Below, piece by piece: positions 25,532 through 33,579 of a DNA stretch of 58,725 nucleotides. The stretch covers positions 1 to 58,725 of the forward strand of contig CALRBF010000002.1 in assembly GCA_943354045.1 (NCBI GenBank). The letters run 5' to 3'. A program made the translations under genes and the position numbers. Under the pieces are notes generated by a model. The model saw only the letters and a list, made by a program, of their open reading frames with translations. It made no database searches and was not told where the DNA came from. This DNA is from Parcubacteria group bacterium. Its GTDB lineage: Bacteria > Patescibacteriota > Minisyncoccia > SW-4-49-11. Position 1 is the stretch's first letter. The number at the start of each line of letters is the position of its first letter.

Positions 25532-28500
25532 ATGACTACTCTCAATGAATCCCATATAGAACAGACCTTGATAGATATCCTTGTAGCTCAAGGCTATCAG
25601 TATTTTTATGGTCCAGATATTGCTCCGTATTCAGCTAATCCCCAACGAGAAAATTTTGATAGTGTGATCCTCGAAAATCATCTCAAGGAATCCCTCAAAA
25701 GATTAAATCCAGATATCCCTGAATCAGCAAGGCATGAGGCCTATCAGCATATTATGAATCTTGGCTCTTCTGATTTTATGGCAAATAATGAAAAATTTCA
25801 TAATTATCTAACTGATGGGATTACGGTTGAATACTTTAAAGATGAGGCTATAAAGGGTATCAATGTAAAGCTTCTTGATTTAGAGAATATTGCCAACAAT
25901 AGCTTTTGGGTAGTGAATCAATTTGTGGTAAAAGAACAAAATAATGAGAAGAGATTGGATGTGGTGATTTTCGTGAATGGGCTTCCATTAGTTGTGGTGG
26001 AATTAAAGAATGCAACTGATGAGAAGGCTACTTTGGAGAGGGCTTTTATGCAAATTCAGAATTATCAAAAAGCTATCCCAAGTATTTTTTATTATAATGC
26101 TTTATGTATTATCTCGGATGGGATTGAGGCGAAGGTTTCGAGTGTATCTGCTCCATTTAGTAGATATCTTGCTTGGAAATCTCCTGAGAAAGAGGAGAAT
26201 AACATTCCTGAAATGCAGATTATGGCTGAGAAAATGCTTGATAAAGAGGTTTTGCTTCGATTGATTCGATATAATACGGTTTTTGAACAAGAGGAGCAAA
26301 AGGATGAGAAGACGGGGTTATTATCTGTGGTAAAAATTAAGAAAATTGCGGCTTATCATCAATATTATGCGGTGGAAAAGGCGGTAAAGGAAACGGTGAG
26401 GGCTACTGATGAATCTGAGGGTAATAGGAAAATTGGGGTTATTTGGCATACTCAGGGTTCAGGGAAATCTCTTTCTATGGTGTTTTATACGGGGCAAATT
26501 GTGGTAGAGCCTGTGATGAAGAATCCAACTGTGGTGATTTTGACGGATAGGAATGATCTTGATGATCAACTTTTTACTACTTTTGGGAATTGTAAACAAT
26601 TATTGAGACAAACTCCTGTGCAGGCGGAGAATAGGGAACATTTGAAGGAATTACTGAAGGTTTCGGGTGGAGGTATTGTGTTTACGACTATTCAAAAATT
26701 TGCTCCTACTTCAGGAAATGTATATGAGATGTTATCTGAGCGGTCGAATATTGTGGTGGTAGCTGATGAGGCTCATCGGAGTCAATATGGATTCAAGGGT
26801 AGAGAGGTTGAGATAGAGGATGGTTCGGAGATTCGATATGGGAATGCGAAGTATCTGAGAGATGCTTTACCGAAGGCTTCTTTTATTGGGTTTACAGGTA
26901 CTCCTATTGAGAAGGAGGATAGGTCAACGCGTAATGTGTTTGGTGATGAAATTGATATTTATGATATTAAACAAGCGGTGGATGATGGGGCTACGGTTCC
27001 GATTAGTTATGAATCGCGTTTGGTAAAAATTCGATTGAATCAAGAGGTGGCAAGTCAGATTGATTATGCGGTGGATGAAATAGTGGGAGCAACACAGGAG
27101 CAAAAAGAAAAGGCGAAAAAGAAAAATGCTCAAATTGATGCTATTGTAGGGCATCCTGATAGGCTAAAGGATATTGCAAAAGATATTGTGGAGCATTTTG
27201 AGGCGAGGCAGCAAACCTTTGAGGGGAAGGCTATGGTAGTTTGTATGACGAGGCAAATTGCGGTGAATCTATATCGAGAAATTATTACTCTTCGTCCAGA
27301 ATGGCATAGTGATGAGTTGATGCAGGGGATGATTAAAATTGTAATGACTTCAAGTAGTGATGATCCTGAAAGTTTCCAATCTCATCATACGACGAAAGAG
27401 GATAGAAAAAAACTTGCCCTGAGGCTGAAGGATATTAATGATTCTCTTCAGATGGTGATTGTGCAATCTATGTGGTTAACGGGATTTGATGTGCCATGTC
27501 TCAATACGATGTATATTGATAAAAAGATGCAGGGTGCCAATTTGATGCAGGCTATTGCTCGGGTGAATCGGGTATATCGGGATAAACCAGGAGGACTTAT
27601 TGTTGACTATATTGGTATTGGGCAGGATCTCAGAAATGCGATGGGTGTCTATACGCAAAGTGGTGGCCAGGGAAAAGCTATTCTTGATATCTCGGAGGTG
27701 ATTGCGGGTATGAAGACTAAATTTGAGATTGTGGAGCAGATGTTCCATGGCTTTGATTATAAGCAATATTTTCAGGTTGAAAATAAGGAAAAATTACAGA
27801 TATTATTGGGAGCTTCAAACTTTATATTACGGGATGATAAGTTGAAGAATAGATTTCTTGCAGAAATTACGGCTTTGTCTCAATTATTTGCGATGGCGGT
27901 GCCAAGTTTTGAATCAGAACAAATACGAGATGAGGTGGCATTCTTTCAAGCGATAAAAGCTCGTATTAATAAATTCACTCCTAGTGGTGGTGTATCTGAT
28001 AGGCAGGTAGAAACGGCAGTAAGGCAAATTGTTGATGAGGCTTTAGCGAGTGATGGTGTGGTGGATGTGTTCGAAGCAGCAGGTATACAAACTCCTACTC
28101 TTGATATTTTGTCAGAGGAATTTTTGCTTGAGGTGAAGAATATGGAGCAAAAAAATATAGCTTTTGAATTACTTCGCAAACTTATTAATGATGAGGTGAA
28201 GGTGAGAAAAACAAAGAGTATAGCTCAAGGGAAAAAGTTTTCTGAGATGTTGGAACGGGTGATTAAAAAGTATCATAATAATCAAATTGATACGGCCCAG
28301 GTTATTCAAGAACTTTCTCAAATCGCTCGGGAGATGAAATTAGAGGATAGTAAAGCTGAGGAATTGGGATTATCTCCTGAGGAATATGCATTTTATTCGG
28401 TGCTCGCACAAAATGATTCCACAAGATTTTTGCAGGATGATAAGATGAAAGAGTTGATTCATGTTATCGTGGAGATTATTCGTAAAAATGCGACGGTTGA

Positions 28501-28651
28501 TTGGGAGAAGAGAGAGGATGTCAGAGCTAAACTTCGTCTTACGGTCAAAAAAATTCTAATCAGGTACGGGTATCCACCTGATCTCGCAAGAATAGAAGCT
28601 GATAAAGTTCTTGAGCAAAGTGAATTATTGGCTAAGGAGTTAACTCAATAA
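25532..28651 (+). CDS. hsdR: Type I restriction endonuclease subunit R
   Basis: N-terminal nuclease region (..DVVIFVNGLPLVVVELK), helicase motif I HTQGSGKS, DEAH box VVADEAHRSQ, QAIARVNR. 1039 aa. Confidence 0.93.
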   Translation: MTTLNESHIEQTLIDILVAQGYQYFYGPDIAPYSANPQRENFDSVILENHLKESLKRLNPDIPESARHEAYQHIMNLGSSDFMANNEKFHNYLTDGITVEYFKDEAIKGINVKLLDLENIANNSFWVVNQFVVKEQNNEKRLDVVIFVNGLPLVVVELKNATDEKATLERAFMQIQNYQKAIPSIFYYNALCIISDGIEAKVSSVSAPFSRYLAWKSPEKEENNIPEMQIMAEKMLDKEVLLRLIRYNTVFEQEEQKDEKTGLLSVVKIKKIAAYHQYYAVEKAVKETVRATDESEGNRKIGVIWHTQGSGKSLSMVFYTGQIVVEPVMKNPTVVILTDRNDLDDQLFTTFGNCKQLLRQTPVQAENREHLKELLKVSGGGIVFTTIQKFAPTSGNVYEMLSERSNIVVVADEAHRSQYGFKGREVEIEDGSEIRYGNAKYLRDALPKASFIGFTGTPIEKEDRSTRNVFGDEIDIYDIKQAVDDGATVPISYESRLVKIRLNQEVASQIDYAVDEIVGATQEQKEKAKKKNAQIDAIVGHPDRLKDIAKDIVEHFEARQQTFEGKAMVVCMTRQIAVNLYREIITLRPEWHSDELMQGMIKIVMTSSSDDPESFQSHHTTKEDRKKLALRLKDINDSLQMVIVQSMWLTGFDVPCLNTMYIDKKMQGANLMQAIARVNRVYRDKPGGLIVDYIGIGQDLRNAMGVYTQSGGQGKAILDISEVIAGMKTKFEIVEQMFHGFDYKQYFQVENKEKLQILLGASNFILRDDKLKNRFLAEITALSQLFAMAVPSFESEQIRDEVAFFQAIKARINKFTPSGGVSDRQVETAVRQIVDEALASDGVVDVFEAAGIQTPTLDILSEEFLLEVKNMEQKNIAFELLRKLINDEVKVRKTKSIAQGKKFSEMLERVIKKYHNNQIDTAQVIQELSQIAREMKLEDSKAEELGLSPEEYAFYSVLAQNDSTRFLQDDKMKELIHVIVEIIRKNATVDWEKREDVRAKLRLTVKKILIRYGYPPDLARIEADKVLEQSELLAKELTQ

Positions 28652-28667
28652 AGATAAATAATCACCT

Positions 28668-28907
28668 ATGAAACTCTTCCGCTACCGTAAACCATCGCTC
28701 AAAACATTACTTGGAGTGACAAAAGTAAAGCGTAGGATAAAGAAGGCTACAGGGATTTCTGCAGTGCAATCTCTCAGTCCTTCTCGAGTTAAGCAAAAAA
28801 TCAAATACAATATAGGGTATAATAAACCTATTTTCAAACATACCAGAGAACTGAGCAAGGGCAAAGTCCCGAGTCTGTTGGGCTGGTTTTCAAAATTGTT
28901 TAAGTAA
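28668..28907 (+). CDS. Small very basic protein (79 aa), last gene of the R-M transcription unit
   Basis: ORF starts 16 nt after hsdR. Its last 120 nt (28788-28907) are duplicated at 30084-30203. Confidence 0.45.
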   Translation: MKLFRYRKPSLKTLLGVTKVKRRIKKATGISAVQSLSPSRVKQKIKYNIGYNKPIFKHTRELSKGKVPSLLGWFSKLFK

Positions 28908-28918
28908 GAAAACTACCT

Positions 28919-29032
28919 ATGTCAACAAAACAAGATGCAATTAAATTTACAAAAAAAAATCTCGTTAAACAGCTAATCACGAAACTATTTTCGAGCAAAT
29001 GCTCCTCGCAACAGAGAATTATACCGTTCTAA
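28919..29032 (+). CDS. 37-aa peptide gene (X1), the only intact member of a thrice-repeated unit
   Basis: MSTKQDAIKFTKKNLVKQLITKLFSSKCSSQQRIIPF*. Copies X2 and X3 differ mostly at third codon positions but lack start codons. Confidence 0.35.
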   Translation: MSTKQDAIKFTKKNLVKQLITKLFSSKCSSQQRIIPF

Positions 29033-29125
29033 AAGGGGGGTATGAGCATAGTTGCTTTTAAAGATTTTGAAGCAGTTTTTGCGGTAAATTAAGCAAATGG
29101 TATATGGTCAATTTGTTTTATAAGA

Positions 29126-29154
29126 TTGACAAAATTAATAAAATGTGCTATAAG
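29126..29154 (+). promoter_or_regulatory. Promoter of cassette a
   Basis: TTGACA-AAATTAATAAAATGTGC-TATAAG. Member of the TTGACAAAAT..AAATGTGCTAT promoter-module family. Confidence 0.7.
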
Positions 29155-29179
29155 AAGATTGTCTATCTTTTGCACCTTT

Positions 29180-29545
29180 ATGTTTTCTCAAAAGATCAAG
29201 GAAGAGCTTCGCAAGCTCAAACATGATCGGGTTTTGATGCTCGGAGCAATTCAACGCTTGGAGCTTCTTCTTGAAGGCCCTGATCCTGTTTTGGACTCAG
29301 AGGCCTATAAGAGGTATGGTGACGAGCTTGATCATCTGGAGGATGATATGGAGAAATCCCTCCGAGTGGATTCGAAGCGCGCCTTTGAGGGAGCGTTTCG
29401 AAAGATTCAGTCTGGTATGGATGATGAGTATCTCTATCGGATTCTCGCCGAGCAAGCACGAACCATTCTCCGACATCAACGTCGGAAATCTTTGAGGAAG
29501 AATCAAAGATTTCCTCTTCGTACATTGTTGGGGATAATCTTTTAA
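29180..29545 (+). CDS. Hypothetical helical, charged protein (cassette a, GC-rich)
   Basis: ATG 29180 is downstream of the promoter (the ORF-track TTG 29126 is the -35 box). About 50% GC. Confidence 0.5.
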   Translation: MFSQKIKEELRKLKHDRVLMLGAIQRLELLLEGPDPVLDSEAYKRYGDELDHLEDDMEKSLRVDSKRAFEGAFRKIQSGMDDEYLYRILAEQARTILRHQRRKSLRKNQRFPLRTLLGIIF

Positions 29546-29563
29546 ACCTCTTTGAGGATATTA

Positions 29564-29596
29564 ATCCATGGAGCTTAATGCTCTATGGATTTTTTT
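29564..29596 (+). terminator. Rho-independent terminator
   Basis: ATCCATGGAGC-TTAAT-GCTCTATGGAT followed by TTTTTT. Confidence 0.7.
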
Positions 29597-29610
29597 ATAG
29601 GATTTGAAAT

Positions 29611-29634
29611 AAAAAAGCCCCGATGAGTCGGGGC
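29611..29634 (-). terminator. Rho-independent terminator of cassette b
   Basis: GCCCCGA-TGAG-TCGGGGC with an A6 run on the plus strand (a T run on the minus strand). Confidence 0.7.
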
Positions 29635-29662
29635 TTGGGGGAGTGATGAGGAAAGAAGTTGT

Positions 29663-30010
29663 CTATTGCCTCCAATTGATCACCGTTCTGGTGGAGCTGG
29701 TGGGGCCAAAACGAATGCCCCATACATCTAGGGAGATCTTTGTTCCTTTGGGAAGGGCAGAGATAGCTCCATAGGTGTCAGAACTCCTGAAATGTCCTGT
29801 CAGCAAGTCATCCTTGATATCGAATGTCTCCTGTTCACAGAACAGTCTGTAGGCGTTTCCTGTCCCAGTGCGGACATTTTCCGCCTTGATCACCGTGCAG
29901 GGAACTCCTGCGAAATAGGTGGTCGGTCGCAATGTCCCTACCACGAGGGCGATAGCTCCCACTACAATGAAAGTTAGAATTAGGTTAGAGTTGTTGTCTG
30001 AGTTGGACAT
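29663..30010 (-). CDS. Hypothetical N-terminally membrane-anchored protein (cassette b, GC-rich), ends ..VINWRQ*
   Basis: 115 aa with a TM helix at residues 10-30. Has its own promoter and terminator. Confidence 0.5.
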   Translation of the reverse strand: MSNSDNNSNLILTFIVVGAIALVVGTLRPTTYFAGVPCTVIKAENVRTGTGNAYRLFCEQETFDIKDDLLTGHFRSSDTYGAISALPKGTKISLDVWGIRFGPTSSTRTVINWRQ

Positions 30011-30036
30011 TTGGAAGAAAGATCAATTTCGATGAA

Positions 30037-30065
30037 AATGATAGCACATTTCCCTAATTTTGTCA
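30037..30065 (-). promoter_or_regulatory. Promoter of cassette b
   Basis: Minus strand: TTGACA-AAATTAGGGAAATGTGC-TATCAT. Confidence 0.7.
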
Positions 30066-30083
30066 ATGGTAGATAACTAATGT

Positions 30084-30203
30084 GGTTAAGCAAAAAATCA
30101 AATACAATATAGGCTATAATAAACCTATTTTCAAACATACCAGAGAACTGAGCAAGGGCAAAATCCCAAGTTTATTCGGCTGGTTTTCAAAATTGTTTAA
30201 ATA
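30084..30203 (+). repeat. D2: duplicate of the 3' 120 nt of the small basic protein gene
   Basis: About 92% identical to 28788-28907. Encodes ..KQKIKYNIGYNKPIFKHTRELSKGKIPSLFGWFSKLFK*. Confidence 0.8.
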
Positions 30204-30231
30204 AAAAAAATCCCCCGGCGAGGTGTCGGGG
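30202..30231 (-). terminator. Rho-independent terminator of cassette c
   Basis: CCCCCG-9 nt-CGGGGG with an A8 run on the plus strand. Confidence 0.6.
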
Positions 30232-30259
30232 GAGAGGGGGATTAGAAACACTCATCTGT

Positions 30260-30316
30260 TTACTGTCTCCAATTGATTGCAGATCGTTTGGTGCTTTTCT
30301 TTCTTGACTTTGCCAT
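30260..30316 (-). CDS. 18-aa mini-ORF MAKSRKKSTKRSAINWRQ* (probable remnant of a cassette-b paralog)
   Basis: Its last codons and nucleotide sequence match the 3' end of the 29663-30010 gene (..INWRQ*). Confidence 0.25.
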   Translation of the reverse strand: MAKSRKKSTKRSAINWRQ

Positions 30317-30326
30317 CCTAGATTAT

Positions 30327-30593
30327 TTAGAATGGCCAGTCTTGATTCTTACTCTCCTCCCAAGTATAGAGACGGCTACCAGTTTTGGTGTAAACCAGAC
30401 CATTACCTGCAAAGAATAACACATCACCAGTTCGTCGGTTAACACCATACGAGCATGTATCGAGCAGTCGCTGGAGAGCTTGATCGATTGTTTCATTATT
30501 CCTGCAATTTGCGGCCGCAATTTCCCTTAGTGAGTAAAGGGTAGAATCATCAATATATCGTTGAATTCCACTGACGGTGATTAAAGTGGACAT
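30327..30593 (-). CDS. Hypothetical 88-aa protein (cassette c, GC-rich)
   Basis: ATG 30593 lies downstream of the promoter. The ORF-track start 30629 overlaps the predicted start of transcription. Confidence 0.5.
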   Translation of the reverse strand: MSTLITVSGIQRYIDDSTLYSLREIAAANCRNNETIDQALQRLLDTCSYGVNRRTGDVLFFAGNGLVYTKTGSRLYTWEESKNQDWPF

Positions 30594-30617
30594 GATGTAG
30601 GGGCAATTTGCTAAGAC

Positions 30618-30646
30618 AACATAGCACATTTTGCTAATTTTGTCAA
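30618..30646 (-). promoter_or_regulatory. Promoter of cassette c
   Basis: Minus strand: TTGACA-AAATTAGCAAAATGTGC-TATGTT. Confidence 0.7.
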
Positions 30647-30686
30647 TAGTATATGACTAAAAATTTCTTATATCAAAAAATAAAGT

Positions 30687-30787
30687 CCAATTAAATTCAC
30701 TCAAAGCCTGGTTAAGCGGCTGGTCACGAAACTATTTTCGAGCAAATGCTCCTCGCTACAGAGAATTATACCGTTCTAAAAGGGGGG
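30687..30787 (+). repeat. X2: second copy of the X unit (no start codon)
   Basis: Core CGAAACTATTTTCGAGCAAATGCTCCTCGCTACAGAGAATTATACCGTTCTAAAAG is near-identical to 28979-29034. Confidence 0.8.
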
Positions 30788-30829
30788 CATTTATTGATTA
30801 ATAGATATTGGGTTTGATATAATGTATTT

Positions 30830-31039
30830 ATGAAAGAATATATTATATTTTTAGATGAATCTGGAGATCATAACTTAGTAAAGTATGATATTCAATATCC
30901 TATTTTTACTTTGGTAGGGTGTATTTTTGAAAAAGTATATTATGAGGAGCAAGTTATTGCTAAAGTAAATAAGCTTAAAATTAATCATTTTAATAATAAA
31001 AATACCATATTACATTCTTATGTCCTTTTTCTATATTAA
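30830..31039 (+). pseudogene. DUF3800-family gene fragment (N-terminal 69 aa only)
   Basis: MKEYIIFLDESGDHN.. is the DUF3800 N-terminal motif. The ORF stops far short of the family's usual length. Confidence 0.5.
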
Positions 31040-31375
31040 AGTCAAAATTTAGACGTAAGGGGAATAGAGTGAAAGGATATGGATATAAATAATTTCCGTA
31101 ATAAAAATGAGTGGCCCAGGTATTCCTAGTCCACTCATTTGTAACCTTATAGTAACATAATATTTGCTATTTGTCAAGTATACGATAGGTATGAGTTTGA
31201 TTAAAAAGCAATATGTAAAAAATGCATATTGCAAATGTGGATAAGCTAGAGAAGATTCAGTTGTTGCATTTTTTGCAATAGCTCAAAAAGAAGGTTGGGG
31301 ATATAATGTCATTAAAAAGTGGTTAGTGCAAAATTTGCACAGACCATTTTCCACAAAGCTTTCAAATGTAATAGG

Positions 31376-31461
31376 CAAATACAAAGCCTCGTCAAGGGGC
31401 TGACCGCGAAACTATTTTCGAGCGAATGCTCCTCGCAACAGAGAATTATACCGTTCTAAAA
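31376..31461 (+). repeat. X3: third copy of the X unit (remnant)
   Basis: ..QSLVKGLTAKLFSSECSSQQRIIPF* with no start codon. Core at 31407-31462. Confidence 0.8.
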
Positions 31462-31545
31462 GAGTTTTAAAATACTACTATCTTCACGAATTATATTATG
31501 ATATCTATGATTATGGTGTTATGATATATACATATATAAAATATT

Positions 31546-32466
31546 ATGAGTGAAGTTGCGATTGATACCAAAAAATTAGATAGAAGTAAGACTATTCTGA
31601 AATGGATGGGAATTATGATATCTGGAATTGGTTGGTTGGGTATATGGGGTGTGACTCCTTTCTATCTTTGGATATATGCCAATGGGCTTGGTCAATATTT
31701 TCTTGAGGTGATTATATCGGATATGATATTGACTCTTATCTTATCGAGTATTTTTGTTGTATTAGGGAATCGTATACGAGTTGGGGTTGATCGTAGTATA
31801 AGGATGTATCTACAGGTATTGATTATATTGATGGGTATTATATCCTTAGGGTTTATTATTTTTGAAAATACAATTAGTATTACGAGTTGGGTATATATTG
31901 GTGTGCTCGTATTCCTTATATGTTCTTGGGTTGTTTTGAGTCAGATATTGAGGAATAAGGACTTTGTAGCAACATTACATAAGCCTGTATATAAGTATTT
32001 TGATACGAAGGGGTGGATTATCTTTTTCTTGATTGCTTTTGGTATATTATCGGTAACTTTTTATATTGATTGGATTGCATTAGATGATGAGATGTATTGG
32101 GACTCATTGTCAGAAGAGGAGTATAGTGAAGAGACAGATAATAAGCTTGCTGCTATGGTGTCAATATTAAATGATAGACCTTTTCCGAGTAAATTGAATG
32201 ATAATATTACTCTGTTAGGAATTAAGGAGCAGCAATCTGGTTCTATTCAATATACATATGAAATACAAAATATAGATTCTAGTCAATTATCTACAGAATT
32301 CCTTAAGGATTTGATGGTTAAAGAGTACTGTAATAATGAATTTGTTAATTATATTTTAGACCAAGAGATAGATATTGCGCATTCATTTACAACGGAGAAA
32401 GGTGAGAATTATTTTGTCACTCTTGATTTTAGTAGTTGTGAATCTTCCTTGTTTAATATTCTATAA
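31546..32466 (+). CDS. Hypothetical polytopic membrane protein with a soluble C-terminal domain
   Basis: Five to six TM helices followed by an acidic region. 306 aa. Confidence 0.5.
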   Translation: MSEVAIDTKKLDRSKTILKWMGIMISGIGWLGIWGVTPFYLWIYANGLGQYFLEVIISDMILTLILSSIFVVLGNRIRVGVDRSIRMYLQVLIILMGIISLGFIIFENTISITSWVYIGVLVFLICSWVVLSQILRNKDFVATLHKPVYKYFDTKGWIIFFLIAFGILSVTFYIDWIALDDEMYWDSLSEEEYSEETDNKLAAMVSILNDRPFPSKLNDNITLLGIKEQQSGSIQYTYEIQNIDSSQLSTEFLKDLMVKEYCNNEFVNYILDQEIDIAHSFTTEKGENYFVTLDFSSCESSLFNIL

Positions 32467-32518
32467 GAATACGTGAGAGTGATCTAGCTGTTTTGAAGGA
32501 TTTTTTGAGGTAGGTAAA

Positions 32519-32718
32519 ATTCCACCCCTTAATCAAAGATACCACCCCCTCCCAAACTAAAGTATGGGAGGGACTGAAAGCCCTCGATTTATCGACCTGC
32601 CTGCGGTAGGTAAACCGTAGGTGGAGAGGGGAATTAGCTCAATCCACCTCTGGCACTCCGTGCCACCCCCTCCTAAATAAATATAGGAGGGACTTAAAGC
32701 TCCTCTAAAGGAGGACAA
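32519..32718 (-). repeat. Mosaic hairpin-module repeat locus R8 (inverted orientation)
   Basis: Reverse complements of the S, L and P modules, then ATCCACCTCTGGCACTCCGTGCCACC, L, and CTCCTCTAAAGGAGGAC. Confidence 0.85.
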
Positions 32719-32810
32719 AACACAAAACTCTCCGCTATGAATTTATATTATAAATTAGGCTATTATTATGGTATAATGTTATAAATATATATCTCCTGTT
32801 TAGAAATACT

Positions 32811-33278
32811 ATGCCAAAAAAAATACTAAATCAACAATCTTCATCGGAGCTTATCCAAGCTAGTACTGCCCAGTATCTAACCTTTGTATCTGCTAGTGGA
32901 GATGATTCAGAAAGTATAGAGGTTAGATATGAGGATGAAAATATCTGGATGACTCAAAAAATGATGGCTGAAATGTATGGGGTGTCTGTATCTGCAATCA
33001 ATCAGCATCTTAAAAAATTATTTGATGACAAAGAGATAAATAATTCAGTTATTAAGAAATACTTAATAACTGCCAGCGATAGTAAAAGTTATAATGCTAC
33101 TCATTATAATCTACAAGCTATTATTGCTATTGGGTTTAAGATAGAAAATGATAGAGCGGTACAATTTCGTAAATGGGCAAGACAAATAGTAAAAGATTAT
33201 ACTATTCAGGGTTGGGCTATGGATAGTGAAAGATTAAAAAAAGCTAATCAATTTGATAAAGAGTTTTTTGAAAGATAA
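32811..33278 (+). pseudogene. RhuM-like gene truncated after the N-terminal domain
   Basis: ..HYNLQAIIAIGFKIENDRAVQFRKWARQIVKDYTIQGWAMDSERLKK... then stops at 155 aa. Mosaic repeats lie on both sides. Confidence 0.55.
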
Positions 33279-33288
33279 TGAATAATTA

Positions 33289-33530
33289 GGGGAATTTTTG
33301 CTCAGTCCTCCTCCGGCACTTCGTGCCACCCCCTCCTAAATAAATATAGGAGGGACTTAAAGCTCCTCTAAAGGAGGACAGAAAACTAGATACAGGCGAC
33401 TAAGAGGTCGCCCCTACGAAAAATAATGTCGGCGGGGTCGCCGACTCTACGAAATAATGGAGGGACGAAAGTCCTACGAACACAGAATCCAATCCACCCC
33501 GTCCAAAGGAGGACAGAATACCCCTACCTC
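33289..33530 (-). repeat. Mosaic hairpin-module repeat locus R9 (inverted orientation)
   Basis: Shares CCGGCACTTCGTGCCACC, L and CTCCTCTAAAGGAGGAC with R8. Also carries reverse complements of the TTCGTAG-type modules of R5 and R7. Confidence 0.85.
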
Positions 33531-33550
33531 AATTTTGGTGTTATTATAAC

Positions 33551-33579
33551 TTGACAAATAATATAATCTATGCTATACT
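33551..33579 (+). promoter_or_regulatory. Promoter of the DEAD-box helicase gene
   Basis: TTGACA, 17 bp spacer, TGc-TATACT. Confidence 0.65.

Noticed and set aside
29217-29525. Alternative ORFs in the GC-rich cassettes: 29217-29525(-), 29271-29495(+), 29297-29506(-), 29792-29977(+), 30323-30520(-), 38083-38586(-)
   Set aside because: In each case only one frame is correctly placed between the cassette promoter and terminator. The others are overlapping frames kept open by the elevated GC.
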